Origin: Candidatus Desantisbacteria bacterium CG1_02_49_89
GTDB lineage: Bacteria > Desantisbacteria > UBA1551
Reading direction: 5' to 3'
NCBI GenBank assembly: GCA_001871075.1
Contig: MNUP01000123.1
Span: 1-58,779, forward strand
Length of the DNA stretch: 58,779 nt
How positions within the stretch are numbered: position 1 is the first letter of the stretch; each line of letters opens with the position of its first letter. Of the stretch, positions 8,627-18,504 are shown in pieces. A program made the translations under genes and the position numbers. The notes beneath the pieces are model-generated. The model was not told the DNA's origin and did no database searches. It saw only the letters and a list, made by a program, of their open reading frames with translations.

Positions 8627-9825
8627 AGACAGTAATACCCATCGGTCCTTTTCATCCTTTGCAGGAAGAACCCGAACTTTTTTCGCTTACCCTTGACGGC
8701 GAGACGGTTACGGATGTGGACGTGCGCCTTGGATATAACCACAGGGGCATAGAAAAAATTGCGGAGACCAAAACCTGGGACCAGGATACTTTTCTTATTG
8801 AAAGAATCTGCGGTATCTGCTCCACGTCGCATCCCATCGCATACTGCAACGCGGTTGAGGACTGCGCCGGAATTGAGATTCCCGAAAGGGCGAAATACAT
8901 CCGTTCTATTGTGGGGGAACTTGAAAGACTGCACAGCCACCTTCTGTGGCTGGGGCTCGCGGGACACTTCATAGGATATAATACCTTATTTATGTGGGGA
9001 TGGAAATGGCGTGAGCCGATCCTTGATTTATTTGAGCAGATAACCGGCAACAGAAATCACTATGCGATGATTAAAATAGGAGGGGCAAGAAGGGACATTA
9101 AGAATGAAGATATCCCTTCCATAAGGAAATGCTTGTCAGGCCTTGTTCCCCCGCTTGAAATGATAACGAAGGCAGCGCTTGACGACCCCGTGCTTCACGC
9201 AAGATTGAAAGGCGTGGGTATATTAAAAAAAGAAGATGCAATAAAATATTGCGCGGTGGGTCCAACAGCACGGGCTTCAGGAGTTGCAATAGATGTCAGG
9301 AAAGACGAGCCCCACGCCGCGTACGGCATGGTAAAGTGGAATGTAATTACCCAGGAAGCAGGTGACGTGTTCGCAAAGGCAGTTGTAAGGCTCCTGGAAT
9401 GCTTTGAATCCGTGAAAATAGTACAGCAGTGCGTGGATGGTTTGGAGAAGACAAAAGGGGCTGAGTTTTGCAAAGAAGTTGAAAATATCCCGCCTGGGGA
9501 AGGGATAGGACATTACGAGGCACCGAGAGGCGAGACGTTCCACTATGTGCGCTCTGACGGAGCGAACCGTCCGGTAAGGCACAAGATACGCGCTCCCACG
9601 TATGTAAACCTTCCGTCTTTTAAGGCATCCTGTATTGGCCAGACGATTTCGGATGTGGCAATAACCTTGGCTTCCATAGACCCCTGCTACTGCTGCACGG
9701 AAAGGGTAGCTGTGATTGACCCGAAAACAAGGGCAAAGAAACACATAACCGGGGAAGAGCTGGTAAGGCTCTCGCAGGAAAAAACCCGCAAGATAAGGGA
9801 CGGTCTCCTGAAAGGGAGTATCTGA
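8623..9825 (+). CDS. Group 4 [NiFe] hydrogenase large subunit
   Basis: L1 motif [11 protein letters not shown] and L2 motif DPCYCCTER, followed by a ~39-aa cleavable C-terminal extension. Confidence 0.92.
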   Translation: MKTVIPIGPFHPLQEEPELFSLTLDGETVTDVDVRLGYNHRGIEKIAETKTWDQDTFLIERICGICSTSHPIAYCNAVEDCAGIEIPERAKYIRSIVGELERLHSHLLWLGLAGHFIGYNTLFMWGWKWREPILDLFEQITGNRNHYAMIKIGGARRDIKNEDIPSIRKCLSGLVPPLEMITKAALDDPVLHARLKGVGILKKEDAIKYCAVGPTARASGVAIDVRKDEPHAAYGMVKWNVITQEAGDVFAKAVVRLLECFESVKIVQQCVDGLEKTKGAEFCKEVENIPPGEGIGHYEAPRGETFHYVRSDGANRPVRHKIRAPTYVNLPSFKASCIGQTISDVAITLASIDPCYCCTERVAVIDPKTRAKKHITGEELVRLSQEKTRKIRDGLLKGSI

Positions 9826-9832
9826 GGCAGAA

Positions 9833-11065
9833 ATGGACTGTGTTCTAGGATGTTTGAATAATCTTTTTATGGTTGACGCCACGGGATGGATATTCGGTTC
9901 CGTGTTTGCGCTCATAGGCGTCCTCTCGCTCATATATTCGTTTTCGTATATGAAGAAATATGCCAATCTCGCGGAATACTACGGCGTCTTTGTAATGATG
10001 ATCCTCTGCCTTGTGGGCCTGTCTTTCTCCAGGAACCTTCTCCTTATATATATGTTCTGGGAACTGATAGCCTTCTCCACCTGGCGGCTTGTGGGTTTCC
10101 ACAGAGAACCGGGAAACCTGCTGATTGCGGACAAGGCTTTCCTCGTTATGTTCTTCGGTTCCTGCATGATGCTCCTTGGGTTTGCGCAGTTGTACCTTGA
10201 ATTCAAGACTTTTGACATCATGCTGATGCGGGGGCTGAAACCTTCCAGTTCCGCAATGCTCTTTATATTCGCGGGCATAATAGCGAAATCAGCCACACTG
10301 CCGCTTCATACGTGGCTTGCCGATGCCCACCCGGTGGCTCCTTCACCCATGAGCGCGGTGCTGTCAGGCCTGGTCGCAAAAGTCGGTATTTTAGGATTTG
10401 TCCGCATTTTTGTTCAGACTTTCGGGTGGACAGGCAACTGGATTTTAATCCTCGCTGGGATCAGTTCTCTGGCTGCCGCAGGCGCCGCGATGGTTGAAAA
10501 CGATATGAAGAGAATCATCGCCTACTCAACGGTGAGCCAGCTCGGGTATATTTTCCTGGGGCTTGGCCTGATGACGGAGATGGGTGTAACCGCGGGCATC
10601 CTCTATTTCATGGCACATGCCGTTGCCAAGGCAGGATTGTTCCTCTGCGCGGGCATTGTTGAGCGTGCGACAGGCGAGAGGGATATACGCAGGCTCGGCG
10701 GGCTTATAAAGACAATGCCGGTGACCGGAATTTCGTTCCTGTTCTGCGCCCTTTCAATTATGGGGATCCCGCCGTTCTTCGGTTTCTATCCGAAACTCGG
10801 GACGATAATGGGCCTTGTTGAAAGCGGTCATCTGGGCATGGCGTTTCTTGCGGCTGCCATAGCCATTATGAGCGTGCTGTATTTAACCAGGATATTCAGC
10901 TCAATTTTCCTCGGATCCGGAAGCCGGGAGCTTGCCCCTGCCAGGGAGGGAACTGTCCTGATGCTTGCGGTCGTTGTAATACTTGCAGCCCTGTCCCTGC
11001 AGATGGGTCTGTTCATAAACGTGCCGCTCGGTTTCGTGAATGCCGCAGTTGCCGCAATAAAATAA
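9833..11065 (+). CDS. Antiporter-like membrane subunit (NuoL/M/N, MrpD-type)
   Basis: FWEL, KSATLPLHTWLADAH, DMKRIIAYSTVSQLGY and GIPPFFGFYPK motifs. Confidence 0.88.
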   Translation: MDCVLGCLNNLFMVDATGWIFGSVFALIGVLSLIYSFSYMKKYANLAEYYGVFVMMILCLVGLSFSRNLLLIYMFWELIAFSTWRLVGFHREPGNLLIADKAFLVMFFGSCMMLLGFAQLYLEFKTFDIMLMRGLKPSSSAMLFIFAGIIAKSATLPLHTWLADAHPVAPSPMSAVLSGLVAKVGILGFVRIFVQTFGWTGNWILILAGISSLAAAGAAMVENDMKRIIAYSTVSQLGYIFLGLGLMTEMGVTAGILYFMAHAVAKAGLFLCAGIVERATGERDIRRLGGLIKTMPVTGISFLFCALSIMGIPPFFGFYPKLGTIMGLVESGHLGMAFLAAAIAIMSVLYLTRIFSSIFLGSGSRELAPAREGTVLMLAVVVILAALSLQMGLFINVPLGFVNAAVAAIK

Positions 11066-11084
11066 ATTATTAAAGCGGGTTGCT

Positions 11085-13049
11085 ATGTCGATACTCTTTT
11101 ATTCCGTATTCCTGCCAATTTTGGGCGGTCTGATATGCCTGCTGATCCCGGGCAGGATAAAGATAGTAAAGGAAATAATCGCGCTTCTGTCAAGTTATGC
11201 CGCTTTAGTTCTCGGCATTCTCATTTTCAGGAGCGGAAGCGCGGTATTTGTAAAGGACCTTGGTTTTCTGACGGGATTCTTAAAGATAGACCTTGACCTG
11301 CGCGCGGACAGCCTGAATTCCTTCATCGTTCTTTTTATCGCTTTGTTCGGTTTCCTTATCACTCTCTATTCCCTGAAGCTGATGCCGGGAAAGGAGAGGT
11401 CAAATGAATACTACGCGTACCTCCTGTTTAACGTCGGCGCGGCAACCGGGGCGGTGCTGTCAAATAACCTGCTGATGATGCTGGTTTTCTGGGATATCGT
11501 CCTGCTGTGCCTGTTCGGGATGCTCAGCACCGGCGGAATGAAAGCCGCTTCCGGAAGCGCTAAAAAATCTTTCATAATAATCGCAACAGCCGACTTCCTC
11601 ATGCTGCTGGGCATTCTCCTTGTGTGGTATATGACAGGGACGTTCAGGATTGACGTCATAACAAAGACCCCGTTTGCCGGCGATTTAAAATTAGGTGCCG
11701 TGGCTTTCCTGCTGCTTGCCTGCGGGGCCCTTGCAAAAGCGGGTTCAATGCCTTTCCACACGTGGATTCCCGACGCCGCAACCGAAGCCCCGGTGTCCGT
11801 AATGGCGTTTCTGCCTGCTGCGGTTGACAAGCTGTTAGGGATTTATCTCCTGGCAAGAATCGTCCTCAACCTGTTTGCGATGGTGCCCTGGCTGGGAATC
11901 ATCCTTATGTTCATAGGGGCCTTCACGATCATCGCCGCGGTTATGATGGCTCTGGTCCAGCACAACATGAAAAGGCTGCTTTCCTACCACGCGGTGAGCC
12001 AGGTGGGGTATATGATACTGGGCATAGGCACGGGCAACCCGGTGGGAATCGCAGGCGGTCTTTTCCATATGCTGAATCACACCATCTACAAGTCCTGCCT
12101 TTTTATGGGGAGCGGGGCAGTGGAGCAGAAGACCGGCACGACAGACCTTGAAAAATTAGGAGGGCTTTCTAAAACAATGCCCGTTACTTTTTTTGCAATG
12201 CTGGTGGCGGCGCTCTCCATATCCGGAGTGCCGCCCTTCAACGGCTTTGTTTCCAAGTGGATGATATATCAGGGCGTGATACAGTTCGCCGGTTCCCCGG
12301 CAACCGGCGGGGCAATGAGTTTCCTGAGCTGGCTGTTTCTTGTTGCGGCAATGCTGGGTTCCGCGCTTACGCTGGCGTCTTTCATGAAGTTGATATATTC
12401 AGCATTTTTAGGCCAACCTGTTAACGAGCCTGAAGGCTCTACTCCTGTTAAAGAAGTCGGCTGGACAATGTGGGTTCCCATGCTGGTGCTGGCGGTCCTG
12501 TGTATAGTGTTCGGAGTCTTCGCCCAGATTCCCCTGCGCGGGCTCATAGGCCCGGCTGTCCAGCTCAAATTTCCGGGTGTGCCTGAGGCGCTCAGGCTTT
12601 CCGGATTATGGAGCCCTACCCTCGCGACTGTCCTTATATTCGCAGGCCTGATAATCGGCTATATTATTTACGCCGCGGGAAAGGGAACCCGCCCGAGGAC
12701 CGATGTCTCCTATATCGGCGGTGAAGCCCCGCGCGGCGATATCAACCGCTTCCCCGGGACCGATTTCTACAACACGGTCAGGGAAATGAAGGGTCTTTCA
12801 GGCATCTACAGGGCTGCCGAAAAGAAATACTTGGATTTCTATGAGTGGGGAATAGGTTTCTTGAAAGCAATAGGGCATATCCTCTTCTACTGCGTTGACA
12901 GATTTGTTGACTGGTTGGTTGTCGGAGTTGGACGCCTTGCAAGGTTTTTCTCGTGGATCTTGAGGGAAGTCCACATAGGAGCCCTTCCCACTTATCTTGC
13001 CTGGTGCCTGATAGGGTTCGGTATTATATTATATGTTCTTGTGCGCTGA
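11085..13049 (+). CDS. Antiporter-like membrane subunit (NuoL/MrpA/HyfB-type)
   Basis: KAGSMPFHTWIPDA, MKRLLSYHAVSQVGY and GVPPFNGFVSKW motifs, with a long C-terminal extension. Confidence 0.88.
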   Translation: MSILFYSVFLPILGGLICLLIPGRIKIVKEIIALLSSYAALVLGILIFRSGSAVFVKDLGFLTGFLKIDLDLRADSLNSFIVLFIALFGFLITLYSLKLMPGKERSNEYYAYLLFNVGAATGAVLSNNLLMMLVFWDIVLLCLFGMLSTGGMKAASGSAKKSFIIIATADFLMLLGILLVWYMTGTFRIDVITKTPFAGDLKLGAVAFLLLACGALAKAGSMPFHTWIPDAATEAPVSVMAFLPAAVDKLLGIYLLARIVLNLFAMVPWLGIILMFIGAFTIIAAVMMALVQHNMKRLLSYHAVSQVGYMILGIGTGNPVGIAGGLFHMLNHTIYKSCLFMGSGAVEQKTGTTDLEKLGGLSKTMPVTFFAMLVAALSISGVPPFNGFVSKWMIYQGVIQFAGSPATGGAMSFLSWLFLVAAMLGSALTLASFMKLIYSAFLGQPVNEPEGSTPVKEVGWTMWVPMLVLAVLCIVFGVFAQIPLRGLIGPAVQLKFPGVPEALRLSGLWSPTLATVLIFAGLIIGYIIYAAGKGTRPRTDVSYIGGEAPRGDINRFPGTDFYNTVREMKGLSGIYRAAEKKYLDFYEWGIGFLKAIGHILFYCVDRFVDWLVVGVGRLARFFSWILREVHIGALPTYLAWCLIGFGIILYVLVR

Positions 13050-13058
13050 ATCGCATAG

Positions 13059-13108
13059 GTAGTGGCAGAGCTTGCTCTGCAATTGAGACGAGTAAACTCG
13101 TCCACTAC
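13059..13108. repeat. GTAG REP doublet (REPIN-like)
   Basis: GTAGTGGCAGAGCTTGCTCTGC ... GACGAGTAAACTCGTCCACTAC. The same left arm recurs in frame inside hycI. Confidence 0.7.
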
Positions 13109-13121
13109 AAAAGGTGTTAAA

Positions 13122-13655
13122 ATGTTGTTAATCATTCTTCTAATCTTTATGATCGCGGGTTCAATAATCGCCCTTGAGACAAAGAACCTCCTTTCCGCGG
13201 TAATTGCCGCGGGAGCTGTAGGAGCGGGGGTCTGCATCTGTTTTCTGATGCTTGGAGCACCCGATATTGCGATTACCCAGATGGCTGTGGAAACCCTTTC
13301 CTTGGTAATACTGATCAGGGCAACAATCAGCCGTGATCTGACCCATATTACGGCTCAGAGAGAGGCCGGGGGACTGGTTGCCGTAGGTGTTTTCATGGCT
13401 GTATTTGTGCTTTTTTCGACATTTGCCCTGATGGAAATCCCGCCTTTCGGCAAGCCCCTTATGACAGTCTCTTCTTATTATGTTCAGAATGGCCTTGCCC
13501 AGACAGGGGCTTCAAATATAATTTCCGCAATAATTCTGGACTATCGCGGCTATGATACCCTTGGTGAGGCAACGATTCTGTTTGTCGCTGTTGCCGGCGC
13601 AATTGTGCTTCTGAGGAAGAAGGGCAGAAAAAAAGCAGAGGAAAAAGATGAATGA
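13122..13655 (+). CDS. MbhD/DUF4040 plus MnhB-N-like antiporter subunit
   Basis: LGAPDIAITQ and NIISAIILDYRGYDTLGE motifs. Confidence 0.82.
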   Translation: MLLIILLIFMIAGSIIALETKNLLSAVIAAGAVGAGVCICFLMLGAPDIAITQMAVETLSLVILIRATISRDLTHITAQREAGGLVAVGVFMAVFVLFSTFALMEIPPFGKPLMTVSSYYVQNGLAQTGASNIISAIILDYRGYDTLGEATILFVAVAGAIVLLRKKGRKKAEEKDE

Positions 13656-14091
13656 TCGTTCGGGTATGACTGTAATAGTCAAGACGGTCGTAAGAATTTC
13701 AGCAAGCCTGATTCTCCTCTACGGGGCATATATTGTCGCGTACGGACAGCTTACCCCCGGCGGAGGTTTTCCCGGAGGGGTTATTCTGGGCGGCGCATTT
13801 ATTCTTCTGTGCCTTGCTTTTGGCAAAGAAACCGCATTCAGGAAACTGAGCGTCAATGCTGCTTCTGTCCTGGACTCCGCGGGAGCATTGATATTCCTTG
13901 GTATCGCGTTGTCGGGGTATGCCTGGGGTGTATTCTTTCTGAATTTTCTGAATAAAGGAATCCCGTTCCATCTCTGGACCGCGGGCATAATTCCGCTTTG
14001 CAACATTGGTATCGGGCTGAAGGTGGGCGCGGGTCTTTTCGGCGCGTTTATCGCCCTGACGGCTTTTAGAGTTGTGAAGAAAGGGGACTAA
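13648..14091 (+). CDS. mnhB: Mrp/Mnh subunit B
   Basis: GQLTPGGGFPGG and IGLKVG motifs. Confidence 0.85.
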   Translation: MNDRSGMTVIVKTVVRISASLILLYGAYIVAYGQLTPGGGFPGGVILGGAFILLCLAFGKETAFRKLSVNAASVLDSAGALIFLGIALSGYAWGVFFLNFLNKGIPFHLWTAGIIPLCNIGIGLKVGAGLFGAFIALTAFRVVKKGD

Positions 14092-14444
14092 TGATGTTGA
14101 TCTATGTTCTGTGCATGATCCTGTTCGCCATCGGCATATACGGCATAGTTGTCAAGAAGAACCTGGTGAAAATAATCATAAGTTTCTGCATACTTGATTA
14201 CGCGGTGAATTTATTCTTCATACTTATCGGATACAAGAAAGACGGTATTGCCCCCATAATGATGCCCGGGCAGGATAAGGCGCAATTCGTTGCGCAGACC
14301 GTGGATCCGTTACCGCAAGCCCTCGTGCTTACCTCTATAGTCATAGGGCTCGGAATAACCATCCTGATGGTGGCGATAGCTATCAGGCTGTATGATAAGT
14401 ACGGGACCTTTGACGTGATGAAAATGCGCAAATTAAAAGGGTGA
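14091..14444 (+). CDS. mnhC: Mrp/Mnh subunit C
   Basis: VDPLPQALVLTSIVIG motif. Confidence 0.9.
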   Translation: MMLIYVLCMILFAIGIYGIVVKKNLVKIIISFCILDYAVNLFFILIGYKKDGIAPIMMPGQDKAQFVAQTVDPLPQALVLTSIVIGLGITILMVAIAIRLYDKYGTFDVMKMRKLKG

Positions 14445-14448
14445 AAAA

Positions 14449-15957
14449 ATGCAGATTTTACCGTTATTCATAGCAATTCCCATGGGCGCCGCTTTTGTCC
14501 TTGCAATGCTGTTGAAAGCAAGGCACAGCGTCGTGGATATTCTTGCAAATGTGGTGACAGCAGTTCTTTTAGCCCTTTCCATAACCCTTATTATGACAAA
14601 AGGGACTATTACTTATGAAATGGGCAGATGGGCTCCGCCCTTAGGCATTGTCCTTGTGCTGGATGGCTTGACTGTTCTTATGCTTCTGATCGTGAACCTC
14701 ATTGCTTTCCTTGCCACAATCTTTTCCATTTCCTATATGGAGAGATTCACTGCCAAAGCAAAGTTCTACTCTATGTTCATGCTGATGCTCACCGGCTTGA
14801 ACGGCGTCATCCTGACAGGCGATATCTTCAATATGTTTGTATTCCTTGAAATTGCTTCGATCGCTTCATATGTCCTTGTTGCTTTTGGGACAGAAGATGA
14901 GGAATTGGAAGCTTCCTTCAAGTACATGGTTATCAGTTCTGTCGGGGGACTCTTTATCCTGTTATCAATTGCCTTATTATACGCGATGACAGGAACGCTG
15001 AATATGGCTCACTTGTCTCAGATAATCTCAAGCCAGAAATCCGGAATAGGATTTCTGTTTACCGCCGCCCTTATGATCACAGGCTTTGCGATAAAGGCAG
15101 CAATTGTTCCGTTTCATGCCTGGCTTCCTGATGCACATCCCAGCGCTCCATCTCCGGTTTCAGCAATGCTTTCAGGGGTCTTCATAAAGACACTTGGCAT
15201 CTATGCGATGATGAGAGTGCTTGTGAACGTGATCGGGATTTCTATCCTGGGCAGGGCATGGGGAATAATGCTTGTGCTGGGCGCGGTTTCAATGGTAATC
15301 GGGGCTTTGCTTGGACTGGGGCAGAAGGATTACAAGAGACTGCTTGCCTATTCCAGCGTAAGCCAGGTAGGTTACATCATCCTTGCATTCGGACTCGGCA
15401 CCCCCCTTGGCTATCTTGCGGCCCTTTTTCACCTTACGAACCATGCTGTTTTCAAAGCCCTGATGTTCTTCAACGCGGGCGCGGTGGAATACGCAACAGG
15501 GACAAGGGATTTGGAAAAAATGGGAGGACTTAGCGAGAAAATGCCTGTGACCGGCATAACCTCCGTGGTTGGCACGCTTTCTATTTCCGGGGTTCCGCCA
15601 TTTAACGGATTCTGGAGCAAACTTCTTATAATAATCGCCTGTATTCAGGCAGGCAGGTTCAGCTACGCGGTTATCGCAATTCTGGTAAGCGTTCTGACCC
15701 TTGCCTATTTCCTTAAGGTTCAACGCCTTGCATTCTTTGGGAAGATAAAGGAAACCCTGTCTAATATTAAGGAAGTCCCGGTGCCTATGCGTGTTTCATT
15801 GATTGTCCTCGCAGTCTTATGCCTGGTCATAGGCCTGGATGCGTTTCGCATCGTGCAGGGCATGGATTCTTCCTGGCTTGTCAGGGTTTTACTTAATCCG
15901 GCAAAAGAAGTTCTTGTTAACGGAACCGGTTACGTATCGTCGATTCTTCCTAAATAG
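14449..15957 (+). CDS. mnhD: Mrp/Mnh subunit D
   Basis: TGDIFNMFVFLEI, ASFKY, GTLNMA and PFHAWLPDAH motifs. Confidence 0.9.
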   Translation: MQILPLFIAIPMGAAFVLAMLLKARHSVVDILANVVTAVLLALSITLIMTKGTITYEMGRWAPPLGIVLVLDGLTVLMLLIVNLIAFLATIFSISYMERFTAKAKFYSMFMLMLTGLNGVILTGDIFNMFVFLEIASIASYVLVAFGTEDEELEASFKYMVISSVGGLFILLSIALLYAMTGTLNMAHLSQIISSQKSGIGFLFTAALMITGFAIKAAIVPFHAWLPDAHPSAPSPVSAMLSGVFIKTLGIYAMMRVLVNVIGISILGRAWGIMLVLGAVSMVIGALLGLGQKDYKRLLAYSSVSQVGYIILAFGLGTPLGYLAALFHLTNHAVFKALMFFNAGAVEYATGTRDLEKMGGLSEKMPVTGITSVVGTLSISGVPPFNGFWSKLLIIIACIQAGRFSYAVIAILVSVLTLAYFLKVQRLAFFGKIKETLSNIKEVPVPMRVSLIVLAVLCLVIGLDAFRIVQGMDSSWLVRVLLNPAKEVLVNGTGYVSSILPK

Positions 15958-15991
15958 CGGTTGTTTTTCAGTTTCATAAATCGGAGCCGAG

Positions 15992-16486
15992 ATGAAAGCA
16001 AGTAAGTTCGCGCTATTCTGCATACTATTTGTCCTGTGGCTGCTCCTGACATGGACGCTGAACTATCAGGACGTCCTGGTCGGCTTAATACTGAGTTTTG
16101 CCATTGCGGTATTTATGGGAGACATTTTCACGGAGCATCCCGGAAAATTCGGCAATATAACAAGATACCTCTGGATGGCTTACTATATCCCGGTGTTCTT
16201 CTGGTATGTTATTACAGCCAACATAGATGTTGCATATAGGGTTCTTCATCCCAAAATGCCCATAAAACCGGGGATAGTAAAAGTGAGAACTACGCTTAAA
16301 TCCGACGCAGCCAGGACTTTCCTGGCAAATTCCATAACGCTGACACCGGGAACAATGTCCGTGGATATAACGGAAGACGGTTATCTCTACATCCACTGGA
16401 TCAATGTCCAGGCAATGGACGTGGAGGAAGCCACCAAGAAAATAGTGGCTCCGTTTGAAAATTTCATAAGACATATTTATGAATAG
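15992..16486 (+). CDS. mnhE: Mrp/Mnh subunit E
   Basis: ANIDVA, IKPGIV, LANSITLTPGT and LYIHW motifs. Confidence 0.92.
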   Translation: MKASKFALFCILFVLWLLLTWTLNYQDVLVGLILSFAIAVFMGDIFTEHPGKFGNITRYLWMAYYIPVFFWYVITANIDVAYRVLHPKMPIKPGIVKVRTTLKSDAARTFLANSITLTPGTMSVDITEDGYLYIHWINVQAMDVEEATKKIVAPFENFIRHIYE

Positions 16487-16497
16487 GCGAGGGTAGA

Positions 16498-16755
16498 ATG
16501 ATAACGTTCCTGCTGGTAATCCTTGGGATATGCTGTTTTCTGTGCCTTTACAGAGTTGCAAGGGGACCGACAACTGCTGACAGAGCTGTGGCAACAGACA
16601 TCCTGGGAATTCTTGTTGTGGGTTTCTGCGCATTTTTTTCTTTAAAGACCAAGCAGGACTGGTATATGAACATAGCCCTTATCTGGACTTTGCTGGGGTT
16701 CCTGGGAACCATCACGCTTGCAAAATACCTGGAAGGAAAACACTTCGATGAATGA
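16498..16755 (+). CDS. mnhF: Mrp/Mnh subunit F
   Basis: RVARGPTTADRAVATD and AKYLEG motifs. Confidence 0.9.
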   Translation: MITFLLVILGICCFLCLYRVARGPTTADRAVATDILGILVVGFCAFFSLKTKQDWYMNIALIWTLLGFLGTITLAKYLEGKHFDE

Positions 16756-17080
16756 GATAGGGATGGTGTTGCTGGTTATTGGCGTGATATTTGATCTGCT
16801 GGGGTGCATCGGGCTCGTTAGATTGCCTGATGTCTATAACAGGCTTCAGGCATCCACGAAATCAGTCACCCTGGGGACCTGGCTCATCCTCCTGGGGGTT
16901 TTCTTTGTCAGTGGCGGCTTCAATGCCACGGGCGTGAAGGCGCTTATCTGCATTTTCTTTATTGTGCTTACGTCCCCTACGGCAGCGCACGCGCTCGCCA
17001 GGGGCGCGCACAAGAGCGGCGTGAAGCTCTGGGACAAGAGCGTCTGCGACAAGTACGAAGAAGACAAGAAAAACAATTAA
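16748..17080 (+). CDS. mnhG: Mrp/Mnh subunit G
   Basis: GLVRLPDVYNRLQASTK..TLG and TSPTAAHALAR motifs. Confidence 0.92.
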   Translation: MNEIGMVLLVIGVIFDLLGCIGLVRLPDVYNRLQASTKSVTLGTWLILLGVFFVSGGFNATGVKALICIFFIVLTSPTAAHALARGAHKSGVKLWDKSVCDKYEEDKKNN

Positions 17081-17125
17081 CCACGAAAAATTAACCACGA
17101 GATTCCACTAGATTAGATTCTTGTT

Positions 17126-17240
17126 GTCATTGCGAACCGAAGCCGCGAGCTGAAACCACGAGCAAGGCGTGGTGGGCAGCGTGGCGGGCGGTGAAGCAAT
17201 CTAGCATTTAGATTGCCACGCCCTTCGGGCTCGCAATGAC
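17126..17240. repeat. RPE-like palindrome with nested insert, inside the operon
   Basis: GTCATTGCGA...GAAGCAATCTA..TAGATTGCCACG...CTCGCAATGAC. Confidence 0.7.
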
Positions 17241-17285
17241 CGGCAAGCGGTCATCTGTGTAATCGTGTGGTTGAAAAGGTTTGTT

Positions 17286-17897
17286 ATGAAACTTCCGAAG
17301 ATCCGAGAACTGGGCGAGGCGATAAAAGCTATCGTGAAAGGCCCTTTCACCGCGAAATTCCCGTTCGCTCCTTCACCCGCCGCACCCGCGTACAGGGGCA
17401 AGGTGGAGTTCGTTGATAAGGAATGCGTGGGGTGCGGCGCCTGCGTTGAAATATGCCCGGCAAAAGCGCTTGAGCTGGTTGATGACATACCCGGCAGGAA
17501 ACGTTTTATAATCCACCACTATGACATCTGTATTTTCTGCGGCCAGTGCCAGGCGAACTGCCTTACCAAAAAGGGGATAAGGCTCACGCAGGAATACGAC
17601 CTTGCGTTCCTTTCGGACAGGGACAAGCAGATCGCGAAAGTGGAAAAGAACCTTGTTTTCTGCGAAGAATGCGGGGAGATAGTCACGACCGCTGAGCACC
17701 TGCAGTTCCTCGCGAAAAAACTGGGGCCGCTCGCTTATTCGAACGCCAATCTTATAATAACCGGCCAGCAGGAGCTGGGGCTTGTTGAAAAGCCGTCGGA
17801 AAAAGAGGAAACATCCCACAAAAGGGCAAGCCTGATGCGGGTCCTTTGCGGGAAATGCAGGCGCGCGGCCGTGATAAGGGAAGAATGGGGGTTGTAG
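17286..17897 (+). CDS. NuoI/HycF-like 4Fe-4S subunit
   Basis: YRGKVEF..ECVGCGACVEICP and CIFCGQCQANC motifs, plus extra CEECG...CGKC. Confidence 0.88.
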   Translation: MKLPKIRELGEAIKAIVKGPFTAKFPFAPSPAAPAYRGKVEFVDKECVGCGACVEICPAKALELVDDIPGRKRFIIHHYDICIFCGQCQANCLTKKGIRLTQEYDLAFLSDRDKQIAKVEKNLVFCEECGEIVTTAEHLQFLAKKLGPLAYSNANLIITGQQELGLVEKPSEKEETSHKRASLMRVLCGKCRRAAVIREEWGL

Positions 17898-18502
17898 TGC
17901 GTAAGCGTGTCAACGTGTCAACGTGTCAACGTGTCAACGCAAAAGAATTGAAACAAAAATTAAAAGGCAGAGTGGTAATCATAGGGGTCGGGAATCCGTT
18001 GAAGGGAGATGACGGGGCCGGCCCCTTTTTTATTAAACAGCTAAATAGAGCCAGAGAGTCCCGCCCAGTCCGCCAATATTCGCGGCGGAGCGGGCAGGCG
18101 CCGAGTCAAAGAGTCAGAGTAGCTGCAGGGCTTGCCCTGCACAAGAGAGTAGTGGCAGAGCTTGCTCTGCAGAAAGATCTTATTTTGATCGACGCGGGCG
18201 AAGTCCCTGAAAACTACACCGGCGCCGTGACAAAAGCAAAGCCCGATACCGTTATCATAATTGACGCGGCTGATTTCAGCGGCAGGCCCGGCGAAATAAA
18301 ACTTTTCAAGGCTGAAGAAATAAGCGGGGCGGGTCTTGCCACCCATTCTATGTCCCTGAACATTTTTGCCGCGTACCTGAAGCAGGAAACAGGCGCGGAA
18401 GTTTTTCTCCTCGCGATCCAGCCCAAAACCATCAAGGCAGGCTCCCGCCTAAGCAGAGAAGTCAGATCCTCAATAAGCAATTTGATTAAGATGTTAGCGT
18501 AA
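17897..18502 (+). CDS. hycI: Hydrogenase maturation protease (HycI-like) with repeat-derived insertions
   Basis: IIGVGNPLKGDDGAG, DAGEVPEN, IIIDAADF..PGEI and THSMSL motifs. Start is GTG 17897 or TTG 17948. Confidence 0.85.
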   Translation: MRKRVNVSTCQRVNAKELKQKLKGRVVIIGVGNPLKGDDGAGPFFIKQLNRARESRPVRQYSRRSGQAPSQRVRVAAGLALHKRVVAELALQKDLILIDAGEVPENYTGAVTKAKPDTVIIIDAADFSGRPGEIKLFKAEEISGAGLATHSMSLNIFAAYLKQETGAEVFLLAIQPKTIKAGSRLSREVRSSISNLIKMLA

Positions 18503-18504
18503 GC

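Noticed and set aside
6729-17897. Respiratory complex I (nuo) operon
   Set aside because: The large subunit keeps both Ni-binding CxxC motifs and a cleavable tail, a maturation protease is present, and there is no NuoEFG.
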